From NCBI RefSeq assembly GCF_022771645.1, contig NZ_JALFCU010000080.1, forward strand, positions 26,495 through 90,494: 64,000 nucleotides of DNA. Direction: 5' to 3'. The notes under the pieces are model-generated. The model did not search any database and was not told where the DNA came from. It saw only the letters and a list, made by a program, of their open reading frames with translations. Below, one piece after another: positions 32,370 through 40,741 of the stretch. The number at the start of each line of letters is the position of its first letter. The stretch's first letter is position 1. Source of the DNA: Selenomonas sp. (GTDB lineage: Bacteria; Bacillota; Negativicutes; Selenomonadales; Selenomonadaceae). The position numbers and the translations under genes were made by a program.

Positions 32370-33526
32370 GCGAGCACCTCCTGCTCTCCCGTGCGGATCC
32401 AGACGATGCGGCCGCAGTCATGCGCGGCGAGCGCGCCGCGCAGCGCGTCCTCGGCCGCGCGGGACGGCGCGGGCGCGTCCGTCACGACGACGACGAGGTC
32501 GTAGCGGTCGAGGGTGTAGACATACGTCGTGCGCGCGTCATCGTAAAAGCTCGGCAGCTGCCAGCCCTCGCGGATGGGGTAGCCGTCCGCCGTGCTGACG
32601 CCGATGGGGCTGCGCGTCGTCGCATGGCAGCGCACCTCATAGCCCGCCGCGTCCCACGCGCGCGCGATGAGGAGCGCCGGCAGCATGCATTCCTCCGTGC
32701 CGAGCACGAGCACGCGGCCGAACGGCGCTCCACGCTTCAGTATGGCGTGCAGCGCCTTCCATGCGAACGTGCGCCAACGCTGGATGTACGACGCGCCGAC
32801 GACGCCCGTGCGCGGGTCGAGCGGGATGGGCGCGGTCAGGCGCATCTCTTCGGTTGCCGCCGGCAGCGGCGGGGCGATCGCCGCAGGCGCGACGGTGTAC
32901 GCGGACACCTCCGCTTCGTAGTCGCGCTGCGGCAGGCGCACGAGATAGACGGGCGTGATGCCGAGCGCCGCCATCTTTGCCTCGTTTTCCGCGTCGAGGC
33001 GGTAAAAGATGGACGCGGCGACGAGCGTCTTCTCCGCGAGCTCCGGGAACTCTACGGAGAGCGCCTGCACCATGTTGCGGATGGTCTTGCCCGTCGAGAG
33101 CTCGTCGTCGAGGAAGACGACCGTCTGCGTCTCTGCGAGCATGCGGCGCAGAGACGCGCCGTCGAGCCGCTGCTCCGTCGCGTGGCTGTGCTCCTCGCGG
33201 AACTCGATCCAGTCCGCGACGCCCGCGACCGCTTCACGCGTCGTCGTCAGGCAGAGGCAATGGCCGCCGACGCCCTCCGTCGCCATGAGGCCGACGGCCG
33301 TTGCCGTCTCGGCGAACGCGACGATGAGGTGCGCGTCCGGGAACGCGGCGCGGATCTTTTCGCCGAGCGCGCGCATCAGGAGGAGCGCCTCCTTTGGCTG
33401 CGATGGCAGATGCTTCGCCTGCCGCCGGTTCACGAGCAGGTACGAGCGCTTCGCGTTGTGGTAGCGCCGCGCGAGGCAGAGGAGGTCTTCCGCGCGGTAT
33501 TCCGTGGTGGCTGTTTCTTCGTTCAT
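32366..33526 (-). CDS. Phosphoribosyltransferase (PRTase_2-like) with C-terminal TRSP-like domain (Ter-associated)
   Basis: The PRPP loop is VVFLDDELSTGKTIRNMV, upstream is IVAFAETATAVG, and the C-terminal half has VLVLGTEECMLPALLIA. Confidence 0.65.
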   Translation of the reverse strand: MNEETATTEYRAEDLLCLARRYHNAKRSYLLVNRRQAKHLPSQPKEALLLMRALGEKIRAAFPDAHLIVAFAETATAVGLMATEGVGGHCLCLTTTREAVAGVADWIEFREEHSHATEQRLDGASLRRMLAETQTVVFLDDELSTGKTIRNMVQALSVEFPELAEKTLVAASIFYRLDAENEAKMAALGITPVYLVRLPQRDYEAEVSAYTVAPAAIAPPLPAATEEMRLTAPIPLDPRTGVVGASYIQRWRTFAWKALHAILKRGAPFGRVLVLGTEECMLPALLIARAWDAAGYEVRCHATTRSPIGVSTADGYPIREGWQLPSFYDDARTTYVYTLDRYDLVVVVTDAPAPSRAAEDALRGALAAHDCGRIVWIRTGEQEVLA

Positions 33527-34548
33527 GCGTGAGGCCTCCCTTCGCCGAGGACGATCGGCGTCTCAATGTTCGCGACCGTGACGTCCGTTTCCTGCGGCAG
33601 CTGCCACGGCAGGCCGCGCCCGAGGAGCTGCGCGAGCGCGACGGCAGGCACGTTGACGCCGCTCGCGGCGCACGAGAGCTGCAGGCCGCCCGCCATGCGC
33701 GGATTGATCTCGAGGAGGTACGGCTTTCCCTTATGCATACGGAACTGCAGATTCGCCGGCACGCGCATCGCGAGGTGATGCAGGAGTTCCTTTGAAAGCG
33801 CGACAACCTCTGCGTCCCAGTGCAGCGTCGAATACCGCCCGCCCTTGTAACGCGGCAGCAGGATGTCGCCCCGCTCCGTCATGAGCGCGTCGACGCTGAT
33901 CTCCGGCCCCTCGAGGTACGGCATGACGAGCACGGGGACGGCGAAATCGTATGCGCCGAGGATGGCCTCGGCCGCCGCCCGCGTCGCCTTCGCGCCCGGC
34001 ATGCGATAGAGCGCGCCCGCCGCCGCGAGCGTGTCGTCGATGACGCGGAACGTCGTCGCGCCTTCGTCGACGGCGAGCTTGTAGCAGACGCGCCCGCCGT
34101 CCCCGGACAGCGCGTCGACGGCGGCACGGAACTCCGCAATCGTATGCGCCATGCGGTATGGCGGCACGAGCGCGCCGAGCCCCCACGCGCGCAGCAGCTC
34201 GTACGTCGCGCCCTTGTCGTCGAGCGCGCGCACGAGCGCGGCGTCCTCCGGCGCGAAGAGCTGCACGCCCATGGCTTCGAACGCATCGCGCGCCTCCACG
34301 ATGGCCGCGAGGCGGCGGCGCGGCACGAAGACGCTGACCGCGTGCGTGCGGCAGAACGCGAGCGCCCACGCCACATATTCCCCGTCATCCGCGAACTCCG
34401 GCTCGTCCTCCCAGACGTCGACGGCCTCGCGGTAGATCGCGCGCGGATTCGTCCCCGTGCCGAAAAAGCGCAGGTCGTCGCCCGCCGCCCGCATGAGGCG
34501 GATGAGGTGATACGCCGTGCTGAACCAATGATTGAACCAGATGTTCAT
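33523..34548 (-). CDS. ATP-grasp enzyme (Ter-associated)
   Basis: MNIWFNHWFSTAYHLIRLMR... with the C-terminal YLLEINPRMAGG typical of ATP-grasp. Start trimmed to the ATG at 34548 (ATGA overlap with the upstream stop). Confidence 0.75.
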   Translation of the reverse strand: MNIWFNHWFSTAYHLIRLMRAAGDDLRFFGTGTNPRAIYREAVDVWEDEPEFADDGEYVAWALAFCRTHAVSVFVPRRRLAAIVEARDAFEAMGVQLFAPEDAALVRALDDKGATYELLRAWGLGALVPPYRMAHTIAEFRAAVDALSGDGGRVCYKLAVDEGATTFRVIDDTLAAAGALYRMPGAKATRAAAEAILGAYDFAVPVLVMPYLEGPEISVDALMTERGDILLPRYKGGRYSTLHWDAEVVALSKELLHHLAMRVPANLQFRMHKGKPYLLEINPRMAGGLQLSCAASGVNVPAVALAQLLGRGLPWQLPQETDVTVANIETPIVLGEGRPHA

Positions 34549-35528
34549 GCGCGTCCCTCCCCGCAGATGCCATAGACGGCGGCGAGCGCCAGCGTACGCT
34601 CGGCCCAACGGCTGTGGCACGCCGCCTCGTTCATGCGATGGCCACCCGCGCTTTTCTCGACGCCGAGCGCGCCCGCGTCGAACTGCGCGAGGCGGCACGC
34701 GTCATCGTAGTCCTCGCGCGGGACGCGCAGGCTGGCCGCGATGAGCGGCAGCTGGCACGGATGGATGGCCGTCTTGCCGATGAAGCCGTGCAGGCGGTCG
34801 AGCGCGAGCTCGCGCCGGAGCCCCTCTTCCCATGCGGCGTCGCCCGCCGCGCCGAAGTAGTTCCACACCGGGCCCGAGACGACGTAGTCGACGGCGAAGA
34901 CGTTCAGGATGTCCATGAGGATGTCGCGCACGATGCCGACATCGTAGATCGTCGCCGTCGCCGGCCGGCGCAGGCCGTAGAGATTGGAAAAATCATTGCC
35001 GCCGACGCGGATGTTCAGCACGCAGTCCTGCACGGGCGCGAGCATCTCGTGGAGCTTGCACAGCACGGACGGGCGCGTGTCGCACGCGGCGATCATCATC
35101 GTCTCGAGCGTCGGCATGACGAGGATGCGCCGCCCGGCCGCGCGCTCCGCCTGCACGATGGCGAGGTAGTCCGCCGCGTTGCCGAGGTCGAACTTCGGCA
35201 GCACGAAGCCCGTGACGATGCCGCGCACGTCCGCGAACGCCTCCAGCACATGCGCGAGATGTTCCGGCGTCCGCACGCGCACGAAGAGCAGCGGCAGCGC
35301 CGTCCCCTGCGCCGCAAGTGCCTGCAGTTCGGCGAGGATGCCATGGAGCGACGCTTCCGCCGCCGCGAGCGCCGACGCGCGGATCGCGTCCTCGAGGCAG
35401 AACGCGATGGACGTCAGGCACGGGATGCTCCCGTCCCGGATCTTCGGCACGATATTTTTCTGGAACGCCGGCATGTAGAGCAGCCCGCCGACGCGGTACG
35501 GCAGGTCGTCTGCCATTGATGGTATCAT
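34545..35528 (-). CDS. HpcH/HpaI aldolase / citrate-lyase beta-like TIM-barrel enzyme (Ter-associated)
   Basis: GLLYMPAF...SIAFCLEDA...VRVRTPEH...GFVLPKF...ILVMPTLET...NIRVGGNDFS shows the CitE/HpcH-like pattern. Start taken at the ATG at 35528 (MIPSMADD), 4 nt after GAGGGGGA. Confidence 0.7.
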   Translation of the reverse strand: MIPSMADDLPYRVGGLLYMPAFQKNIVPKIRDGSIPCLTSIAFCLEDAIRASALAAAEASLHGILAELQALAAQGTALPLLFVRVRTPEHLAHVLEAFADVRGIVTGFVLPKFDLGNAADYLAIVQAERAAGRRILVMPTLETMMIAACDTRPSVLCKLHEMLAPVQDCVLNIRVGGNDFSNLYGLRRPATATIYDVGIVRDILMDILNVFAVDYVVSGPVWNYFGAAGDAAWEEGLRRELALDRLHGFIGKTAIHPCQLPLIAASLRVPREDYDDACRLAQFDAGALGVEKSAGGHRMNEAACHSRWAERTLALAAVYGICGEGRA

Positions 35529-35538
35529 AAAATCCCCC

Positions 35539-36807
35539 TCATCCTTCCACTTCGATGCCATAGCTCCCGCAGAGGCGCGCGAGGCCGGCGGCGTAGCCCG
35601 CGCCGACGAAATGCACTTTCCACGCGTCGTTCCTGCGGTAGATGTCGAGCGCGACGACGACCTTCTCGACCGTGAGGCCCGCGAGCGGGAACACAGCCTC
35701 CTGCCCTGCGCCCGTCACGCGCACAACCGGCGCGCGCACGGAGGAGAACGGCGGCGCGCCGTCCTCATCGTAAATGGCATAGCTGACGATGACGTGCGCG
35801 ACATCGGCAGGGACCTTCGACAGCGTGATCTGCACGAGGTCTGGGCTGCCCGGCTGCTCCGTGAGTGCGACGGCCTCGCCGTCGCGGTGGCCGAAGAAAA
35901 AGAGGTCGTCGTCGCTCCGCGCCCGGTTATCCGCACCGAGCGTGAACACGTACGCGTCGATGTCCATGCCGCCCGGGCGGCCGCCATCCTCATAGCGGAC
36001 GGCCAACACGTCGTCCTGCACGGGGACGCGCTGGCCGTGGACGGCGGTGAGGACGACAGAGCCACACGAGGAGGACTGAGAGGACGGGGCGCTTGCAGCC
36101 CTGCCATCCGAGGAACGTGATGCATTGCGATCCGGGCGAGGCGATGCGTCGCGGTTCTCTGGCGGCCGGCCATTGTTTCCCGGCAACGTATCGCAGCTGG
36201 CCGGCATCTGGTCGCAGCGGCGCGCTGCGCCTTTGACCGCACGGCCGCTGACGTAGATGCGACGCACGAGGCCGCCCGTCGTCAGCAGGAGGTCGCCGTA
36301 GAGCGTCGTGCCAGCGCGCATGCCGTCGATGGTCAGGCGGATGCCCGGATGCCCTGCTACAAGGTGTGCGGGCTCGGCGCGCACGCCGTCCATATGGCAC
36401 GCGAGCTCCGCATCCTCCGGCAGCGCGAGCGGCACGCAGGCGACGTTCGTCTCGTCCGGCGCGAAGTCGCCGAGCGCGGCGCCGCTCGGCAGATGCCAGT
36501 CCTCCGCGACACCCGGGACGCCCATGACGCCGCCATGTACCTCGACGTTCTCGAACGTGACGGCGTGGCCGCCGCCCGCGATGGCGACGTCCTGCACGGG
36601 GTCGCCGACGACCTCGACGCGCAGGTTGCGGATGACCGCACCGTCCGCCGCGAGGACGAGCGCCGGCCCCTTCGTCACCCAGAGCGTCGCGCCGTGCCCA
36701 TCGAACGTGCCGCCGTGACGCACCGTGACCGGCCCTTCATACTCGCCGGGCGCTGCCTCCGCCGGTCCTTTCGCCATCCGGTCGAGGATTTTCTGCAAGC
36801 TCTCCAT
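35539..36807 (-). CDS. Fusion protein: unknown roughly 230-aa N-terminal (beta-helix-like) domain + Ser/Pro/Arg-rich linker + C-terminal TerD domain
   Basis: The C-terminus DIDAYVFTLGADNRARSDDDLFFFGH...ITLSKVPADVAHVIVSYAIYD...DIYRRNDAWKVHFVGAGYAAGLARLCGSYG is a TerD fold. The N-terminus has short G/V-rich strands: ATLWVTKGPALVLAADGAVIRNLRVEVVGD..VAIAGGGHAVTFENVEVHGG. Start trimmed to the ATG at 36807. Confidence 0.7.
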   Translation of the reverse strand: MESLQKILDRMAKGPAEAAPGEYEGPVTVRHGGTFDGHGATLWVTKGPALVLAADGAVIRNLRVEVVGDPVQDVAIAGGGHAVTFENVEVHGGVMGVPGVAEDWHLPSGAALGDFAPDETNVACVPLALPEDAELACHMDGVRAEPAHLVAGHPGIRLTIDGMRAGTTLYGDLLLTTGGLVRRIYVSGRAVKGAARRCDQMPASCDTLPGNNGRPPENRDASPRPDRNASRSSDGRAASAPSSQSSSCGSVVLTAVHGQRVPVQDDVLAVRYEDGGRPGGMDIDAYVFTLGADNRARSDDDLFFFGHRDGEAVALTEQPGSPDLVQITLSKVPADVAHVIVSYAIYDEDGAPPFSSVRAPVVRVTGAGQEAVFPLAGLTVEKVVVALDIYRRNDAWKVHFVGAGYAAGLARLCGSYGIEVEG

Positions 36808-36832
36808 CCGTACTCCGTGCCTCCCGCAACTG

Positions 36833-36866
36833 AAAAAAGAGAAAGGGCAGCGCGCTGCCCTTTCTC
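36833..36866 (-). terminator. Rho-independent terminator ending the TerY-P/TerD operon
   Basis: Minus strand has GAGAAAGGGCAGCgcGCTGCCCTTTCTC followed by TTTTTTC. Confidence 0.75.
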
Positions 36867-36886
36867 CGCATACATCGAAAACCTTG

Positions 36887-37471
36887 TTACACGTTGACGC
36901 CATAGGCGCGGCAGAGGGCTGCGAGGCCGCCTTGGTAGCCGGCGCCGACCGCATTGAACTTCCACTCGCCGTTCCGGCGGTAGATCTCGCAGACGACGAG
37001 CGCCGTCTCGACGGAGAACTCCTCCATCAAGTCGAAGCGCAGCACCTCCGTGCCCTTCGTATCGTCCGCGCTCGCGATGCGCGCGACGCGCACATAGGCG
37101 TTCGAGACCTGGCCGAAGTTCTGCTTGCGCGCCTCGGCGTCGTAGATCGTGACCGTGATCGCAATCTTGTCGATGTCCGGCGGGACCTTGCTGAAGTCGA
37201 TGATGATGACCTCGTCATCGCCGTCGCCCTCGCCCGTCAGATTGTCGCCCGTGTGGTGGACGCTGCCGTCCGTGCTGTCGAGGTTGCCGTAGAAGATGAA
37301 GTCCTCATCCTTGCGCACCTTGCCGTTCGGGCCGAGCAGGAATGCCGACGCATCGAGGTCGAAATCCGCACCGCCGTCATACTGGTTGACATCCCAGCCG
37401 AGGCCGACGAGCGCCATCTTCATGCCCTTGTCGAGGCTGACGCGCTGGCCCTTGCTCAAATTGACTGCCAT
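36887..37471 (-). CDS. terD: TerD-family stress protein
   Basis: [25 protein letters not shown]...[12 protein letters not shown]...[13 protein letters not shown]...ITVTIYDA...[12 protein letters not shown]...[19 protein letters not shown]. Confidence 0.9.
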   Translation of the reverse strand: MAVNLSKGQRVSLDKGMKMALVGLGWDVNQYDGGADFDLDASAFLLGPNGKVRKDEDFIFYGNLDSTDGSVHHTGDNLTGEGDGDDEVIIIDFSKVPPDIDKIAITVTIYDAEARKQNFGQVSNAYVRVARIASADDTKGTEVLRFDLMEEFSVETALVVCEIYRRNGEWKFNAVGAGYQGGLAALCRAYGVNV

Positions 37472-37493
37472 GAAATATCCTCCTATTCCGCTC

Positions 37494-38105
37494 TCAAGCG
37501 AAGCGTTTCACGATATCGTCGAGGCCGTCGTCCTGCGTCGCCTCGCCGATCGCGTTGAACTTCCATTCGCCGCCCCGGCGGTAAATCTCGCCGCAGATGA
37601 GCGCCGTCTTGCCATTGCACTGCGCATTCTCCGAAAGGTCGTAGCGGCAGTGCACTTGGTTCGTGTCGCTGTCGACGATGCGGATGTACGCGTTCTGGAT
37701 CTTGCCGAAATCCTGCTTACGCTTCTTCGCGTGATAGATGGTCACGACGAAGATGAGCTTGTCATACTCCGCCGGCACGCGGTCGAGGTCGACGAAGACC
37801 TGCTCGTCATCGCCGTCGCCCTCGCCCGTCAGGTTGTCGCCCGCGTGCTGCACGGCGCCGGACGCGTGCTTGAGGTTGCCGTAGTAGACGAGGTCGTCGA
37901 CCGTGCGGATGCGGCCGTCCTTGCAGAGCAGCACGGACGCGTCGCAATCGATGTCGTCGCCGCCCCCGCCGAAGATGGACGAGAGGAAGCCGCCCGACGA
38001 CGTCTTTTCCACCGGATCCCAGCCGAGGCCGACGAGGATGTGGCGGAGCGAGCCGCCGCCCTCCTTGCGGAGACTGACTTTCTGTCCCTTTTGCAGATTG
38101 ACCAT
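37494..38105 (-). CDS. TerD-family protein (divergent paralog with a Gly-rich insert)
   Basis: [24 protein letters not shown]...[38 protein letters not shown]...[10 protein letters not shown]. Confidence 0.85.
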   Translation of the reverse strand: MVNLQKGQKVSLRKEGGGSLRHILVGLGWDPVEKTSSGGFLSSIFGGGGDDIDCDASVLLCKDGRIRTVDDLVYYGNLKHASGAVQHAGDNLTGEGDGDDEQVFVDLDRVPAEYDKLIFVVTIYHAKKRKQDFGKIQNAYIRIVDSDTNQVHCRYDLSENAQCNGKTALICGEIYRRGGEWKFNAIGEATQDDGLDDIVKRFA

Positions 38106-38117
38106 ATGGTATCCTCC

Positions 38118-38801
38118 TTAGTTCGATGGCGGCATCAGCGAGCGGACCCAGCTCTCAAAAGCGTCCGGGTTGCGCGTCTGGATCAGCACGACGCCCGGCC
38201 CCTTGAAGCGGCAGACGAGCCCTTCGCCCGACGTGATGCTCGAGAACCAGCCGCTCGACGCCTTCTCGATCTTGTACTCCATATAATCGGGCCACGCGAC
38301 GAGGTGGCCGTTGTCGATGACGACTTCCTCACCGGCCGCGAGGTTGATCGGGTGGATGACGCCATAGCTGCTGACGAACGCCTTGCCGCGCCCGTTGAGC
38401 TTCACGAGGAAGAAGCCTTCCCCGGAAAAGAAGCCTTTCGAGAGGCCTTGCACATGCGTGTCGACCGCGATGCTCTCCTCCGCTGCGAGGAAGCCGCCCT
38501 GCTCGACGATGAGCCCGTACGAGCCGTCGAGGTCGACATCGAGGATGCCGCCCGGCAACGCGTGCGCGAACAGCACGTCGCCATCGCCGCGCGACGCGAC
38601 GAGGCGCTGCATGAAAAAACTCTCGCCGGACAGGAACTTCCGCGCGAGGCCGCCAAGCAGGCTGCCTTCACGTTTGCCCTCGACGTCGATCGTCGGCGAC
38701 ATCGCGATCATCGCGTCCGATTCCGCCTTGATCGCCTCGCCGCGATGCAGATGCATCGAGACGATGGGGAACGCCTCGGGGTAAAGGATCTTGTACTCCA
38801 T
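38118..38801 (-). CDS. AIM24/DUF124 (TIGR00266-like) family protein
   Basis: AESDAMIAMSP...GESFFMQRL...GGFLAAEESI...GEGFFLVKL.G.G.AFVSSYG...GHLVAW...GEGLVCRFKGPG.VLIQTRN matches the AIM24 pattern. Confidence 0.75.
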   Translation of the reverse strand: MEYKILYPEAFPIVSMHLHRGEAIKAESDAMIAMSPTIDVEGKREGSLLGGLARKFLSGESFFMQRLVASRGDGDVLFAHALPGGILDVDLDGSYGLIVEQGGFLAAEESIAVDTHVQGLSKGFFSGEGFFLVKLNGRGKAFVSSYGVIHPINLAAGEEVVIDNGHLVAWPDYMEYKIEKASSGWFSSITSGEGLVCRFKGPGVVLIQTRNPDAFESWVRSLMPPSN

Positions 38802-38802
38802 A

Positions 38803-39381
38803 TCAGACGTTCACGCCGTAGTTCTTGCCGAGCGCCGCGAGGCCGCCGGAGAAGCCGCTGCCGAGCGCGTTGAACTTCCACTCGCCGCCATGGCGATACA
38901 GCTCGCCGACGATGACGGCCGTCTCGACGGAGAAGTCCTCGCCGAGGTCGAAGCGGATGAGCTCCTGCCCTTTCGCCTCGTCGACGACGCGGATGTAGGC
39001 GTTCGAGACCTGGCCGAAGTTCTGCTTACGCGCCTCGGCGTCGTAGATCGTGACCGTGAAGTCGATCTTGTCGATGTTCGCCGGGACTTTCGAGAGGTCC
39101 ACTTTGATCTGCTCGTCATCGCCGTCGCCTTCGCCCGTCAGGTTGTCGCCCATGTGCTCGACGGAGCCCGACGCATGCTTGAGGTTGTTGAAGAACACGA
39201 AGTCCGCGTCGCTCGTGACCTTGCCGTTCGCGTCCAAGAGGAACGCCGCTGCGTCGAGGTCGAAGTCCGAGCCGCCGTCGTACTTGTTGACGTCCCAGCC
39301 GAGGCCGACGAGCAGCTTGCTGAGTCCCGGGTTGCCTTTCGTGAGATCGACTTTCTGGCCTTTTTTCAGATTGACTGCCAT
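38803..39381 (-). CDS. terD: TerD-family stress protein
   Basis: [43 protein letters not shown]...[23 protein letters not shown]...[18 protein letters not shown]. Confidence 0.9.
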   Translation of the reverse strand: MAVNLKKGQKVDLTKGNPGLSKLLVGLGWDVNKYDGGSDFDLDAAAFLLDANGKVTSDADFVFFNNLKHASGSVEHMGDNLTGEGDGDDEQIKVDLSKVPANIDKIDFTVTIYDAEARKQNFGQVSNAYIRVVDEAKGQELIRFDLGEDFSVETAVIVGELYRHGGEWKFNALGSGFSGGLAALGKNYGVNV

Positions 39382-39474
39382 GATGGAAATCCTCCCTTTT
39401 CAAAAATCAGAAAACGCTTCTATGCAGAACAGGCGGCAGAAATGCACACCTGTCGATGCCTTGAACACACAGGA

Positions 39475-40740
39475 TCAGTCTTTCGAGCCCGCGACCCAGC
39501 GCAAGCCCCAATGGAACGCCGCGTCCATCTTTTCGTGCCCTCCGAAGAAGCGCACGATCTTCTCGACGCTGAAGTTGTCGCCGCCGACGTTCTCGAGGAG
39601 CGCGATGGCGCACATGCGGTCGGATGAGCCGTACTCATCCATGCGCACGATGATGTCCGGGCTGCCCGGGCACTTCACCGTCACGACGCCGTCGGCCTGC
39701 TGCCAGTTCGCGACGCCTTCGTAGATGAACGTGTAGACGAGGATGCGACGGATCTCCGACGCCTGCCGGCCATTGACGCGCAGCGTCTCGCCGCCCGCGC
39801 TCGCGCCCGTGCGGTCGTCGCCGTCCAGCGCGATGTACGGCGGCGCGTCGAGGCTGCCGAACGCGTTGCCGAGCGCCTGCACCGCGCCTTTCCGGCCGTC
39901 CTTGAGCTCGAACAGGCAGCCGAGGTCGAGGTCGATGGCGCCGCTGCCACCGCCGCCGAAAATCGACGAGAGGAAGCCGCCGGAGCTCTGCCCGCTCCCC
40001 TGATGCCAGTTGAGGTTGATGACGATCTCGCCGAGCTTTGCGCCCTGGCGCTTGACGAGGCTGACTTTCTGCCCTTTGCGGAGCTCGACCTTCTTCGGCT
40101 GCGGCGCGGGCTGCGGCGCGGGCGTCGGGCGCGGCGGTGCCGGCTGCGGTTTTGGCGCGGGCGCGGGGCGTCCGCCGCCCTGGCTGCCCGAGACCGTGAG
40201 ACCAAAGCTCTTGCACAGCGCCTCGAGGCCGCCGCGGTAGCCGTTGCCGATGGCATTGAATTTCCAGTTCCCTTTGTAGCGGTAGACTTCGCCGACGACG
40301 ATGGCCGTCTCGCCCTGGAGGCCGCCGTCCACATCGTAGCGCGCGAGCTCCTCACCCGTGTCCTCGTCGCTCACGCGCAGGTAGATGCCCTGCACCTGCC
40401 CGAACTGCTGACGGCGCGTCTCGGGGTCGTAGATGGTCGCCGTGAACGCGATGCGTTCCGTGGCGGCCGGCACGGCCGGGAGGTCGATGAGCACCTGCGC
40501 GGCATCGCCGCCCGCAGGATTTGTTGCGGCTTCGACGCTGCCCGTGATGTGACGCGGGTTGCCGTAGAAGATGAAGTCGCTGTCGCCGGCCGCCTTGCCG
40601 TCCGCGCCGAGCAGGAACGCCGCCGCGTCGATGTCATAGCCCTGCGGCGCGCGCCAGCCGAGGCCGATGACGAGGTGCCGGAGGCCCGGGCGCGTTTTCG
40701 TGAGGTCGGCCTTGCCGCCCTTGCGGAGTGCCATGCCCAT
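39475..40740 (-). CDS. Two-domain TerD-family protein (TerD + Pro-rich linker + TerA/TerZ-like domain)
   Basis: The N-terminal TerD domain is ALRKGGKADLTK..VIGLGW...IDAAAFLLG...NWKFNAIGNGYRGGLEALC. The linker is PAPAPKPQPAPPRPTPAPQPAPQP. The second domain is VELRKGQKVSLVK..INLNW...IDLDLGCLFEL. Confidence 0.8.
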   Translation of the reverse strand: MGMALRKGGKADLTKTRPGLRHLVIGLGWRAPQGYDIDAAAFLLGADGKAAGDSDFIFYGNPRHITGSVEAATNPAGGDAAQVLIDLPAVPAATERIAFTATIYDPETRRQQFGQVQGIYLRVSDEDTGEELARYDVDGGLQGETAIVVGEVYRYKGNWKFNAIGNGYRGGLEALCKSFGLTVSGSQGGGRPAPAPKPQPAPPRPTPAPQPAPQPKKVELRKGQKVSLVKRQGAKLGEIVINLNWHQGSGQSSGGFLSSIFGGGGSGAIDLDLGCLFELKDGRKGAVQALGNAFGSLDAPPYIALDGDDRTGASAGGETLRVNGRQASEIRRILVYTFIYEGVANWQQADGVVTVKCPGSPDIIVRMDEYGSSDRMCAIALLENVGGDNFSVEKIVRFFGGHEKMDAAFHWGLRWVAGSKD

Positions 40741-40741
40741 A

